From Auanema rhodensis (taxonomy: Eukaryota; Animalia; Nematoda): DNA of 64,000 bases. A program made the position numbers and the translations under genes. The notes beneath the pieces are model-generated. The model was not told where the DNA came from and did no database searches. It worked only from the letters and a program-made list of their open reading frames with translations. The stretch covers positions 25,978,001 to 26,042,000 of the forward strand of contig OZ059900.1 of assembly GCA_964057225.1 (NCBI GenBank), read 5' to 3'. Position 1 is the first letter of the stretch. Each line of letters opens with the position of its first letter. Below are positions 11,288-26,334 of this stretch, in pieces.

Positions 11288-13339
11288 TTTTTTTGTCGTG
11301 AAAGTGGAACTAGACGTTGTACGAACAATATTGAGCTAGGTTTCATTGACATTGCATGAGTTTGAACACATGAAATCGTAAGTCAAAACCTTGTTTACAG
11401 CAAAATTTCCAAAAACTGGTTTTCCAGCATAATAAAATATTTCTCATGGGAAATACAGTGTTTTTATATTTTTTTAGTGTTCAGCATGTAAAATGCTTTA
11501 TTTTAATATGTAACACGCTGAAATTCGTTGCATTTGACGACTCATATGAACAAAAATCGATTTAATCAATATTAGCCATAAGGGGCGTGCCCTCAGAATA
11601 TGCTAATTTCCTTAATTTTCTAACCCCTGTTTTTTTGTCGTGAAAGTGGAACTAGACGTTGTACGAACAATTTTGAGCTAAGTTTCATTGACATTGCATG
11701 AGTTTGAACACATGAAATCGTAAGTCAAAACCTTGTTTACATCGAAATTTCCAAAAACTGGTTTTCCAGCATAATAAAATATTTCTCATGAGAAATACTG
11801 TGTTTTTGTATTTTTTCAATGTTCAGCATGTAAAATGCTTCATTTTGATATGTAAAACGCTGAAATTCGTTGCATTTGACGACTCATATGAACAAAAATC
11901 GATTTTATCAATATTAGCCATAAGGGGCGTGCCCTCAGAATATGCTAATTTCCTTAATTTTCTAACCCCTGTTTTTTTGTCGTGAAAGTGGAACTAGACG
12001 TTGTACGAACAATTTTGAGCTAGGTTTCATTGACATTGCATGAGTTTGAACACATGAAATCGTAAGTCAAAACCTTGTTTACAGCAAAATTTCCAAAAAC
12101 TGGTATTCCAGCATAATAAAATATTTCTCATGGGAAATACAGTGTTTTTGTATTTTTTTAGTGTTCAGCATGTAAAATGCTTTATTTTAATATGTAACAC
12201 GCTGAAATTCGTTGCATTTGACGACTCATATGAACAAAAATCGATTTAATCAATATTAGCCATAAGGGGCGTGCCCTCAGAATATGCTAATTTCCTTAAT
12301 TTTCTAACCCCTGTTTTTTTGTCGTGAAAGTGGAACTAGACGTTGTACGAACAATTTTGAGCTAAGTTTCATTGACATTGCATGAGTTTGAACACATGAA
12401 ATCGTAAGTCAAAACCTTGTTTACATCGAAATTTCCAAAAACTGGTTTTCCAGCATAATAAAATATTTCTCATGAGAAATACTGTGTTTTTGTATTTTTT
12501 TAATGTTCAGCATGTAAAATGCTTCATTTTGATATGTAAAACGCTGAAATTCGTTGCATTTGACGACTCATATGAACAAAAATCGATTTTATCAATATTA
12601 GCCATAAGGGGCGTGCCCTCAGAATATGCTAATTTCCTTAATTTTCTAACCCCTGTTTTTTTGTCGTGAAAGTGGAACTAGACGTTGTACGAACAATTTT
12701 GAGCTAGGTTTCATTGACATTGCATGAGTTTGAACACATGAAATCGTAAGTCAAAACCTTGTTTACAGCGAAATTTCCAAAAACTGGTTTTCCAGCATAA
12801 TACAATATTTCTCATGGGAAATAGTGTGTTTTTATATTTTTCTAGTGTTCAGCATGTAAAATGCTTCATTTTAGTATGTAACACGCTGAAATTCGTTGCA
12901 TTTGACGACTCATATGAACAAAAATTGATTTAATCAATATTAGCCATAAGGGGCGTGCCCTCAGAATATGCTAATTTCCTTAATTTTCTAACCCATGTTT
13001 TTTTGTCGTGAAAGTGGAACTAGACGTTGTACGAACAATTTTGAGCTAGGTTTCATTGACATTGCATGAGTTTGAACACATGCAATCGTAAGTCAAAACC
13101 TTGTTTACAGCGAAATTTCCAAAAACTGGTTTTCCAGCATAATAAAATATTTCTCATGGGAAAAACTGTGTTTTTGTATTTTTCTAGTGTTCAGCATGTA
13201 AAATGCTTTATTTTAATATGTAACACGCTGAAATTCGTCGCATTTGACGACTCATATGAACAAAAATCGATTTTATCAATATTAGCCATAAGGGGCGTGC
13301 CCTCAGAATATGCTAATTTCCTTAATTTTCTAACCCCTG

Positions 13340-16300
13340 TTTTTTTGTCGTGAAAGTGGAACTAGACGTTGTACGAACAATTTTGAGCTAGGTTTCATTG
13401 ACATTGCATGAGTTTGAACACATGAAATCGTAAGTCAAAACCTTGTTTACAGCAAAATTTCCAAAAACTGGTTTTCCAGCATAATAAAATATTTCTCATG
13501 AGAAATACTGTGTTTTCAGATTTTTCAAGTGTTCAGCATGTAAAATGCTTCATTTTAGTATGTAACACGCTGAAATTCCTTGCATTTGACGACTCATATG
13601 AACAAAAATCGATTTAATCAATATTAGCCATAAGGGGCGTGCCCTCAGAATTTGCTAATTTCCTTAATTTTCTAACCCCTGTTTTTTTGTCGTGAAAGTG
13701 GAACTAGACGTTGTACAAACAATTTTGAGCTAGGTTTCATTGACATTGCATGAGTTTGAACACATGAAATCGTAAGTCAAAACCTTGTTTACAGCGAAAT
13801 TTCCAAAAACTGGTTTTCCAGCATAATAAAATATTTCTCATGGGAAATACTGTGTTTTTGTATTTTTCTAGTGTTCAGCATGTAAAATGCTTCATTTTAG
13901 TATGTAACACGCTGAAATTTGTTGCATTTGACGACTCATATGAACAAAAATCGATTTAATCAATATTAGCTATAAGGGGCGTGCCCTCAGAATATGCTAA
14001 TTTCCTTAATTTTCTAACCCCTGTTTTTTTGTCGTGAAAGTGGAACTAGCCGTTGTACGAACAATTTTGAGCTAGGTTTTATTGACATTGCATGAGTTTG
14101 AACACATGAAATCGTAAGTCAAAACCTTGTTTACAGCGAAATTTCCAAAAACTGGTTTTCCAGCATAATACAATATTTCTCATGGGAAATACTGTGTTTT
14201 TGTATTTTTCTAGTGTTCAGAATGTAGAATGCTTCATTTTAGTATGTAACACGCTGAAATTCGTTGCATTTGACGACTCATATGAACAAAAATCGATTTA
14301 ATCAATATTAGCCATAAGGGGCGTGCCCTCAGAATATGCTAATTTCCTTAATTTTCTAACCCCTGTTTTTTTGTCGTGAAAGTGGAACTAGACGTTGTAC
14401 GAACAATTTTGAGCTAGGTTTCATTGACATTGCATGAGTTTGAACACATGAAATCGTAAGTCAAAACCTTGTTTACAGCAAAATTTCCAAAAACTGGTTT
14501 TCCAGCATAATAAAATATTTCTCATGGGAAATACAGTGTTTTTGTATTTTTTTAGTGTTCAGCATGTAAAATGCGTCATTTTAGTATGTAAAACGCTGAA
14601 ATTCGTTGCATTTGACGACTCATATGAACAAAAATCGATTTTATCAATATTAGCCATAAGGGGCGTGCCCTCAGAATATGCTAATTTCCTTAATTTTCTA
14701 ACCCCTGTTTTTTTGTCGTGAAAGTGGAACTAGACGTTGTACGAACAATTTTGAGCTAGGTTTCATTGACATTGCATGAGTTTGAACACATGAAATCGTA
14801 AGTCAAAACCTTGTTTACAGCGAAATTTCCAAAAACTGGTTTTCCAGCATAATAAAATATTTCTCATGAGAAATACTGTGTTTTCATATTTTTCAAGTGT
14901 TCAGCATGTAAAATGCTTCATTTTAGTATGTAACACGCTGAAATTCCTTGCATTTGACGACTCATATGAACAAAAATCGATTTAATCAATATTAGCCATA
15001 AGGGGCGTGCCCTCAGAATTTGCTAATTTCCTTAATTTTCTAACCCCTGTTTTTTTGTCGTGAAAGTGGAACTAGACGTTGTACGAACAATTTTGAGCTA
15101 GGTTTCATTGACATTGCATGAGTTTGAACACATGAAATCGTAAGTCAAAACCTTGTTTACAGCGAAATTTCCAAAAACTGGTTTTCCAGCATAATAAAAT
15201 ATTTCTCATGGGAAATACTGTGTTTTTGTATTTTTCTAGTGTTCAGCATGTAAAATGCTTCATTTTAGTATGTAACACGCTGAAATTTGTTGCATTTGAC
15301 GACTCATATGAACAAAAATCGATTTAATCAATATTAGCCATAAGGGGCGTGCCCTCAGAATATGCTAATTTCCTTAATTTTCTAACCCCTGTTTTTTTGT
15401 CGTGAAAGTGGAACTAGACGTTGTACGAACAATTTTGAGCTAGGTTTCATTGACATTGCATGAGTTTGAACACATGAAATCGTAAGTCAAAACCTTGTTT
15501 ACAGCAAAATTTCCAAAAACTGGTTTTCCAGCATAATAAAATATTTCTCATGGGAAATACAGTGTTTTTGTATTTTTTTAGTGTTCAGCATGTAAAATGC
15601 GTCATTTTAGTATGTAAAACGCTGAAATTCGTTGCATTTGACGACTCATATGAACAAAAATCGATTTTATCAATATTAGCCATAAGGGGCGTGCCCTCAG
15701 AATATGCTAATTTCCTTAATTTTCTAACCCCTGTTTTTTTGTCGTGAAAGTGGAACTAGACGTTGTACGAACAATTTTGAGCTAGGTTTCATTGACATTG
15801 CATGAGTTTGAACACATGAAATCGTAAGTCAAAACCTTGTTTACAGCAAAATTTCCAAAAACTGGTTTTCCAGCATAATAAAATATTTCTCATGGGAAAT
15901 ACAGTGTTTTTGTATTTTTTTAGTGTTCAGCATGTAAAATGCGTCATTTTAGTATGTAAAACGCTGAAATTCGTTGCATTTGACGACTCATATGAACAAA
16001 AATCGATTTTATCAATATTAGCCATAAGGGGCGTGCCCTCAGAATATGCTAATTTCCTTAATTTTCTAACCCCTGTTTTTTTGTCGTGAAAGTGGAACTA
16101 GACGTTGTACGAACAATTTTGAGCTAGGTTTCATTGACATTGCATGAGTTTGAACACATGAAATCGTAAGTCAAAACCTTGTTTACAGCGAAATTTCCAA
16201 AAACTGGTTTTCCAGCATAATAAAATATTTCTCATGAGAAATACTGTGTTTTCATATTTTTCAAGTGTTCAGCATGTAAAATGCTTCATTTTAGTATGTA

Positions 16301-17443
16301 ACACGCTGAAATTCCTTGCATTTGACGACTCATATGAACAAAAATCGATTTAATCAATATTAGCCATAAGGGGCGTGCCCTCAGAATTTGCTAATTTCCT
16401 TAATTTTCTAACCCCTGTTTTTTTGTCGTGAAAGTGGAACTAGACGTTGTACGAACAATTTTGAGCTAGGTTTCATTGACATTGCATGAGTTTGAACACA
16501 TGAAATCGTAAGTCAAAACCTTGTTTACAGCGAAATTTCCAAAAACTGGTTTTCCAGCATAATAAAATATTTCTCATGGGAAATACTGTGTTTTTGTATT
16601 TTTCTAGTGTTCAGCATGTAAAATGCTTCATTTTAGTATGTAACACGCTGAAATTTGTTGCATTTGACGACTCATATGAACAAAAATCGATTTAATCAAT
16701 ATTAGCCATAAGGGGCGTGCCCTCAGAATATGCTAATTTCCTTAATTTTCTAACCCCTGTTTTTTTGTCGTGAAAGTGGAACTAGCCGTTGTACGAACAA
16801 TTTTGAGCTAGGTTTTATTGACATTGCATGAGTTTGAACACATGAAATCGTAAGTCAAAACCTTGTTTACAGCGAAATTTCCAAAAACTGGTTTTCCAGC
16901 ATAATACAATATTTCTCATGGGAAATACTGTGTTTTTGTATTTTTCTAGTGTTCAGAATGTAGAATGCTTCATTTTAGTATGTAACACGCTGAAATTCGT
17001 TGCATTTGACGACTCATATGAACAAAAATCGATTTAATCAATATTAGCCATAAGGGGCGTGCCCTCAGAATATGCTAATTTCCTTAATTTTCTAACCCCT
17101 GTTTTTTTGTCGTGAAAGTGGAACTAGACGTTGTACGAACAATTTTGAGCTAGGTTTCATTGACATTGCATGAGTTTGAACACATGAAATCGTAAGTCAA
17201 AACCTTGTTTACAGCAAAATTTCCAAAAACTGGTTTTCCAGCATAATAAAATATTTCTCATGGGAAATACAGTGTTTTTGTATTTTTTTAGTGTTCAGCA
17301 TGTAAAATGCGTCATTTTAGTATGTAAAACGCTGAAATTCGTTGCATTTGACGATTCATATGAACAAAAATCGATTTTATCAATATTAGCCATAAGGGGC
17401 GTGCCCTCAGAATATGCTAATTTCCTTAATTTTCTAACCCCTG
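13340..17443 (+). repeat. Block of 3-4-monomer units with a rare subtype repeated at a 2736-bp (8-monomer) offset
   Basis: A monomer carrying ACTAGCCG, GGTTTTATTG and CAGAATGTAGAAT occurs only at 14024 and 16760. The following ORFs at 14524 and 17260 also differ by 2736. Confidence 0.8.
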
Positions 17444-20400
17444 TTTTTTTGTCGTGAAAGTGGAACTAGACGTTGTACGAACAATTTTGAGCTAGGTTTC
17501 ATTGACATTGCATGAGTTTGAACACATGAAATCGTAAGTCAAAACCTTGTTTACAGCGAAATTTCCAAAAACTGGTTTTCCAGCATAATAAAATATTTCT
17601 CAAGGGAAAAACTGTGTTTTCATATTTTTCAAGTGTTCAGCATGTAAAATGCTTCATTTTAGTATGTAACACGCTGAAATTCCTTGCATTTGACGACTCA
17701 TATGAACAAAAATCGATTTAATCAATATTAGCCATAAGGGGCGTGCCCTCAGAATTTGCTAATTTCCTTAATTTTCTAACCCCTGTTTTTTTGTCGTGAA
17801 AGTGGAACTAGACGTTGTACGAACAATTTTGAGCTAGGTTTCATTGACATTGCATGAGTTTGAACACATGAAATCGTAAGTCAAAACCTTGTTTACAGCG
17901 AAATTTCCAAAAACTGGTTTTCCAGCATAATAAAATATTTCTCATGGGAAATACTGTGTTTTTGTATTTTTCTAGTGTTCAGCATGTAAAATGCTTCATT
18001 TTAGTATGTAACACGCTGAAATTTGTTGCATTTGACGACTCATATGAACAAAAATCGATTTAATCAATATTAGCCATAAGGGGCGTGCCCTCAGAATATG
18101 CTAATTTCCTTAATTTTCTAACCCCTGTTTTTTTGTCGTGAAAGTGGAACTAGACGTTGTACGAACAATTTTGAGCTAGGTTTCATTGACATTGCATGAG
18201 TTTGAACACATGAAATCGTAAGTCAAAACCTTGTTTACAGCGAAATTTCCAAAAACTGGTTTTCCAGCATAATAAAATATTTCTCAAGGGAAAAACTGTG
18301 TTTTCATATTTTTCAAGTGTTCAGCATGTAAAATGCTTCATTTTAGTATGTAACACGCTGAAATTCCTTGCATTTGACGACTCATATGAACAAAAATCGA
18401 TTTAATCAATATTAGCCATAAGGGGCGTGCCCTCAGAATATGCTAATTTCCTTAATTTTCTAACCCCTGTTTTTTTGTCGTGAAAGTGGAACTAGACGTT
18501 GTACGAACAATTTTGAGCTAGGTTTCATTGACATTGCATGAGTTTGAACACATGCAATCGTAAGTCAAAACCTTGTTTACAGCGAAATTTCCAAAAACTG
18601 GTTTTCCAGCATAATAAAATATTTCTCATGGGAAAAACTGTGTTTTTGTATTTTTCTAGTGTTCAGCATGTAAAATGCTTTATTTTAATATGTAACACGC
18701 TGAAATTCGTTGCATTTGACGACTCATATGAACAAAAATCGATTTAATCAATATTAGCCATAAGGGGCGTGCCCTCAGAATATGCTAATTTCCTTAATTT
18801 TCTAACCCCTGTTTTTTTGTCGTGAAAGTGGAACTAGACGTTGTACGAACAATTTTGAGCTAGGTTTCATTGACATTGCATGAGTTTGAACACATGAAAT
18901 CGTAAGTCAAAACCTTGTTTACAGCGAAATTTCCAAAAACTGGTTTTCCAGCATAATAAAATATTTCTCAAGGGAAAAACTGTGTTTTCATATTTTTCAA
19001 GTGTTCAGCATGTAAAATGCTTCATTTTAGTATGTAACACGCTGAAATTCCTTGCATTTGACGACTCATATGAACAAAAATCGATTTAATCAATATTAGC
19101 CATAAGGGGCGTGCCCTCAGAATATGCTAATTTCCTTAATTTTCTAACCCCTGTTTTTTTGTCGTGAAAGTGGAACTAGACGTTGTACGAACAATTTTGA
19201 GCTAGGTTTCATTGACATTGCATGAGTTTGAACACATGCAATCGTAAGTCAAAACCTTGTTTACAGCGAAATTTCCAAAAACTGGTTTTCCAGCATAATT
19301 AAATATTTCTCATGGGAAAAACTGTGTTTTTGTATTTTTCTAGTGTTCAGCATGTAAAATGCTTTATTTTAATATATAACACGCTGAAATTCGTTGCATT
19401 TGACGACTCATATGAACAAAAATCGATTTAATCAATATTAGCCATAAGGGGCGTGCCCTCAGAATATGCTAATTTCCTTAATTTTCTAACCCCTGTTTTT
19501 TTGTCGTGAAAGTGGAACTAGACGTTGTACGAACAATTTTGAGCTAGGTTTCATTGACATTGCATGAGTTTGAACACATGAAATCGTAAGTCAAAACCTT
19601 GTTTACAGCGAAATTTCCAAAAACTGGTTTTCCAGCATAATAAAATATTTCTCAAGGGAAAAACTGTGTTTTCATATTTTTCAAGTGTTCAGCATGTAAA
19701 ATGCTTCATTTTAGTATGTAACACGCTGAAATTCCTTGCATTTGACGACTCATATGAACAAAAATCGATTTAATCAATATTAGCCATAAGGGGCGTGCCC
19801 TCAGAATTTGCTAATTTCCTTAATTTTCTAACCCCTGTTTTTTTGTCGTGAAAGTGGAACTAGACGTTGTACGAACAATTTTGAGCTAGGTTTCATTGAC
19901 ATTGCATGAGTTTGAACACATGAAATCGTAAGTCAAAACCTTGTTTACAGCGAAATTTCCAAAAACTGGTTTTCCAGCATAATAAAATATTTCTCATGGG
20001 AAATACTGTGTTTTTGTATTTTTCTAGTGTTCAGCATGTAAAATGCTTCATTTTAGTATGTAACACGCTGAAATTTGTTGCATTTGACGACTCATATGAA
20101 CAAAAATCGATTTAATCAATATTAGCCATAAGGGGCGTGCCCTCAGAATATGCTAATTTCCTTAATTTTCTAACCCCTGTTTTTTTGTCGTGAAAGTGGA
20201 ACTAGACGTTGTACGAACAATTTTGAGCTAGGTTTCATTGACATTGCATGAGTTTGAACACATGAAATCGTAAGTCAAAACCTTGTTTACAGCGAAATTT
20301 CCAAAAACTGGTTTTCCAGCATAATAAAATATTTCTCAAGGGAAAAACTGTGTTTTCATATTTTTCAAGTGTTCAGCATGTAAAATGCTTCATTTTAGTA

Positions 20401-23400
20401 TGTAACACGCTGAAATTCCTTGCATTTGACGACTCATATGAACAAAAATCGATTTAATCAATATTAGCCATAAGGGGCGTGCCCTCAGAATATGCTAATT
20501 TCCTTAATTTTCTAACCCCTGTTTTTTTGTCGTGAAAGTGGAACTAGACGTTGTACGAACAATTTTGAGCTAGGTTTCATTGACATTGCATGAGTTTGAA
20601 CACATGCAATCGTAAGTCAAAACCTTGTTTACAGCGAAATTTCCAAAAACTGGTTTTCCAGCATAATAAAATATTTCTCATGGGAAAAACTGTGTTTTTG
20701 TATTTTTCTAGTGTTCAGCATGTAAAATGCTTTATTTTAATATGTAACACGCTGAAATTCGTTGCATTTGACGACTCATATGAACAAAAATCGATTTAAT
20801 CAATATTAGCCATAAGGGGCGTGCCCTCAGAATATGCTAATTTCCTTAATTTTCTAACCCCTGTTTTTTTGTCGTGAAAGTGGAACTAGACGTTGTACGA
20901 ACAATTTTGAGCTAGGTTTCATTGACATTGCATGAGTTTGAACACATGAAATCGTAAGTCAAAACCTTGTTTACAGCGAAATTTCCAAAAACTGGTTTTC
21001 CAGCATAATAAAATATTTCTCAAGGGAAAAACTGTGTTTTCATATTTTTCAAGTGTTCAGCATGTAAAATGCTTCATTTTAGTATGTAACACGCTGAAAT
21101 TCCTTGCATTTGACGACTCATATGAACAAAAATCGATTTAATCAATATTAGCCATAAGGGGCGTGCCCTCAGAATATGCTAATTTCCTTAATTTTCTAAC
21201 CCCTGTTTTTTTGTCGTGAAAGTGGAACTAGACGTTGTACGAACAATTTTGAGCTAGGTTTCATTGACATTGCATGAGTTTGAACACATGCAATCGTAAG
21301 TCAAAACCTTGTTTACAGCGAAATTTCCAAAAACTGGTTTTCCAGCATAATTAAATATTTCTCATGGGAAAAACTGTGTTTTTGTATTTTTCTAGTGTTC
21401 AGCATGTAAAATGCTTTATTTTAATATATAACACGCTGAAATTCGTTGCATTTGACGACTCATATGAACAAAAATCGATTTAATCAATATTAGCCATAAG
21501 GGGCGTGCCCTCAGAATATGCTAATTTCCTTAATTTTCTAACCCCTGTTTTTTTGTCGTGAAAGTGGAACTAGACGTTGTACGAACAATTTTGAGCTAGG
21601 TTTCATTGACATTGCATGAGTTTGAACACATGAAATCGTAAGTCAAAACCTTGTTTACAGCGAAATTTCCAAAAACTGGTTTTCCAGCATAATAAAATAT
21701 TTCTCAAGGGAAAAACTGTGTTTTCATATTTTTCAAGTGTTCAGCATGTAAAATGCTTCATTTTAGTATGTAACACGCTGAAATTCCTTGCATTTGACGA
21801 CTCATATGAACAAAAATCGATTTAATCAATATTAGCCATAAGGGGCGTGCCCTCAGAATTTGCTAATTTCCTTAATTTTCTAACCCCTGTTTTTTTGTCG
21901 TGAAAGTGGAACTAGACGTTGTACGAACAATTTTGAGCTAGGTTTCATTGACATTGCATGAGTTTGAACACATGAAATCGTAAGTCAAAACCTTGTTTAC
22001 AGCGAAATTTCCAAAAACTGGTTTTCCAGCATAATAAAATATTTCTCATGGGAAATACTGTGTTTTTGTATTTTTCTAGTGTTCAGCATGTAAAATGCTT
22101 CATTTTAGTATGTAACACGCTGAAATTTGTTGCATTTGACGACTCATATGAACAAAAATCGATTTAATCAATATTAGCCATAAGGGGCGTGCCCTCAGAA
22201 TATGCTAATTTCCTTAATTTTCTAACCCCTGTTTTTTTGTCGTGAAAGTGGAACTAGACGTTGTACGAACAATTTTGAGCTAGGTTTCATTGACATTGCA
22301 TGAGTTTGAACACATGAAATCGTAAGTCAAAACCTTGTTTACAGCGAAATTTCCAAAAACTGGTTTTCCAGCATAATAAAATATTTCTCAAGGGAAAAAC
22401 TGTGTTTTCATATTTTTCAAGTGTTCAGCATGTAAAATGCTTCATTTTAGTATGTAACACGCTGAAATTCCTTGCATTTGACGACTCATATGAACAAAAA
22501 TCGATTTAATCAATATTAGCCATAAGGGGCGTGCCCTCAGAATATGCTAATTTCCTTAATTTTCTAACCCCTGTTTTTTTGTCGTGAAAGTGGAACTAGA
22601 CGTTGTACGAACAATTTTGAGCTAGGTTTCATTGACATTGCATGAGTTTGAACACATGCAATCGTAAGTCAAAACCTTGTTTACAGCGAAATTTCCAAAA
22701 ACTGGTTTTCCAGCATAATAAAATATTTCTCATGGGAAAAACTGTGTTTTTGTATTTTTCTAGTGTTCAGCATGTAAAATGCTTTATTTTAATATGTAAC
22801 ACGCTGAAATTCGTTGCATTTGACGACTCATATGAACAAAAATCGATTTAATCAATATTAGCCATAAGGGGCGTGCCCTCAGAATATGCTAATTTCCTTA
22901 ATTTTCTAACCCCTGTTTTTTTGTCGTGAAAGTGGAACTAGACGTTGTACGAACAATTTTGAGCTAGGTTTCATTGACATTGCATGAGTTTGAACACATG
23001 AAATCGTAAGTCAAAACCTTGTTTACAGCGAAATTTCCAAAAACTGGTTTTCCAGCATAATAAAATATTTCTCAAGGGAAAAACTGTGTTTTCATATTTT
23101 TCAAGTGTTCAGCATGTAAAATGCTTCATTTTAGTATGTAACACGCTGAAATTCCTTGCATTTGACGACTCATATGAACAAAAATCGATTTAATCAATAT
23201 TAGCCATAAGGGGCGTGCCCTCAGAATATGCTAATTTCCTTAATTTTCTAACCCCTGTTTTTTTGTCGTGAAAGTGGAACTAGACGTTGTACGAACAATT
23301 TTGAGCTAGGTTTCATTGACATTGCATGAGTTTGAACACATGCAATCGTAAGTCAAAACCTTGTTTACAGCGAAATTTCCAAAAACTGGTTTTCCAGCAT

Positions 23401-23599
23401 AATAAAATATTTCTCATGGGAAAAACTGTGTTTTTGTATTTTTCTAGTGTTCAGCATGTAAAATGCTTTATTTTAATATGTAACACGCTGAAATTCGTTG
23501 CATTTGACGACTCATATGAACAAAAATCGATTTAATCAATATTAGCCATAAGGGGCGTGCCCTCAGAATATGCTAATTTCCTTAATTTTCTAACCCCTG
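17444..23599 (+). repeat. 6-monomer higher-order repeat (2052 bp) x3
   Basis: B-type ORFs lie at 18538, 20590 and 22642 (spacing 2052). The private variants ATAATTAAAT and AATATATAAC occur at about 19300/19376 and about 21351/21428. The CAGAATTTGC variant recurs every 2052 bp. Confidence 0.9.
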
Positions 23600-26334
23600 T
23601 TTTTTTGTCGTGAAAGTGGAACTAGACGTTGTACGAACAATTTTGAGCTAGGTTTCATTGACATTGCATGAGTTTGAACACATGAAATCGTAAGTCAAAA
23701 CCTTGTTTACAGCGAAATTTCCAAAAACTGGTTTTCCAGCATAATAAAATATTTTTCAAGGGAAAAACTGTGTTTTCATATTTTTCAAGTGTTCAGCATG
23801 TAAAATGCTTCATTTTAGTATGTAACACGCTGAAATTCCTTGCATTTGACGACTCATATGAACAAAAATCGATTTAATCAATATTAGCCATAAGGGGCGT
23901 GCCCTCAGAATTTGCTAATTTCCTTAATTTTCTAACCCCTGTTTTTTTGTCGTGAAAGTGGAACTAGACGTTGTACGAACAATTTTGAGCTAGGTTTCAT
24001 TGACATTGCATGAGTTTCAACACATGAAATCGTAAGTCAAAACCTTGTTTACAGCGAAATTTCCAAAAACTGGTTTTCCAGCATAATAAAATATTTCTCA
24101 TGGGAAATACTGTGTTTTTGTATTTTTCTAGTGTTCAGCATGTAAAATGCTTCATTTTAGTATGTAACACGCTGAAATTTGTTGCATTTGACGACTCATA
24201 TGAACAAAAATCGATTTAATCAATATTAGCCATAAGGGGCGTGCCCTCAGAATATGCTAATTTCCTTAATTTTCTAACCCCTGTTTTTTTGTCGTGAAAG
24301 TGGAACTAGACGTTGTACGAACAATTTTGAGCTAGGTTTCATTGACATTGCATGAGTTTGAACACATGAAATCGTAAGTCAAAACCTTGTTTACAGCGAA
24401 ATTTCCAAAAACTGGTTTTCCAGCATAATAAAATATTTCTCATGAGAAATACTGTGTTTTTGTATTTTTTTAATGTTCAGCATGTAAAACGCTTCATTTT
24501 GATATGTAAAACGCTGAAATTCGTTGCATTTGACGACTCATATGAACAAAAATCGATTTTATCAATATTAGCCATAAGGGCGTGCCCTCAGAATATGCTA
24601 ATTTCCTTAATTTTCTAACCCCTGTTTTTTTGTCGTGAAAGTGGAACTAGACGTTGTACGAACAATTTTGAGCTAGGTTTCATTGACATTGCATGAGTTT
24701 GAACACATGAAATCGTAAGTCAAAACCTTGTTTACAGCGAAATTTCCAAAAACTGGTTTTCCAGCATAATACAATATTTCTCATGGGAAATACTGTGTTT
24801 TTATATTTTTCTAGTGTTCAGCATGTAAAATGCTTCATTTTAGTATGTAACACGCTGAAATTCGTTGCATTTGACGACTCATATGAACAAAAATCGATTT
24901 TATCAATATTAGCCATAAGGGGCGTGCCCTCAGAATATGCTAATTTCCTTAATTTTCTAACCCCTGTTTTTTTGTCGTGAAAGTGGAACTAGACGTTGTA
25001 CGAACAGTTTTGAGCTAGGTTTCATTGACATTGCATGAGTTTGAACACATGAAATCGTAAGTCAAAACCTTGTTTACAGCGAAATTTCCAAAAACTGGTT
25101 TTCCAGCATAATAAAATATTTCTCATGGGAAATACTGTGTTTTTGTATTTTTTCAGTGTTCAGCATGTAAAATGCTTCATTTTAGTATGTAACACGCTGA
25201 AATTCGTTGCATTTGACGACTCATATGAACAAAAATCGATTTAATCAATATTAGCCATAAGGGGCGTGCCCTCAGAATATGCTAATTTCCTTAATTTTCT
25301 AACCCCTGTTTTTTTGTCGTGAAAGTGGAACTAGACGTTGTACGAACAATTTTGAGCTAGGTTTCATTGACATTGCATGAGTTTGAACACATGAAATCGT
25401 AAGTCAAAACCTTGTTTACAGCGAAATTTCCAAAAACTGGTTTTCCAGCATAATAAAATATTTCTCATGGGAAATACTGTGTTTTTGTATTTTTTTAGTG
25501 TTCAGCATGTAAAATGCGTCATTTTAGTATGTAAAACGCTGAAATTCGTTGCATTTGACGACTCATATGAACAAAAATCGATTTTATCAATATTAGCCAT
25601 AAGGGGCGTGCCCTCAGAATATGCTAATTTCCTTAATTCTCTAACCCCTGTTTTTTTGTCGTGAAAGTGGAACTAGACGTTGTACGAACAATTTTGAGCT
25701 AGGTTTCATTGACATTGCATGAGTTTGAACACATGAAATCGTAAGTCAAAACCTTGTTTACAGCGAAATTTCCAAAAACTGGTTTTCCAGCATAATAAAA
25801 TATTTCTCAAGGGAAAAACTGTGTTTTCATATTTTTCAAGTGTTCAGCATGTAAAATGCTTCATTTTAGTATGTAACACGCTGAAATTCCTTGCATTTGA
25901 CGACTCATATGAACAAAAATCGATTTAATCAATATTAGCCATAAGGGGCGTGCCCTCAGAATTTGCTAATTTCCTTATATTTCTAACCCCTGTTTTTTTG
26001 TCGTGAAAGTGGAACTAGACGTTGTACGAACAATTTTGAGCTAGGTTTCATTGACATTGCATGAGTTTGAACACATGAAATCGTAAGTCAAAACCTTGTT
26101 TACAGCGAAATTTCCAAAAACTGGTTTTCCAGCATAATAAAATATTTCTCATGGGAAATACTGTGTTTTTGTATTTTTCTAGTGTTCAGCATGTAAAATG
26201 CTTCATTTTAGTATGTAACACGCTGAAATTTGTTGCATTTGACGACTCATATGAACAAAAATCGATTTAATCAATATTAGCCATAAGGGGCGTGCCCTCA
26301 GAATATGCTAATTTCCTTAATTTTCTAACCCCTG

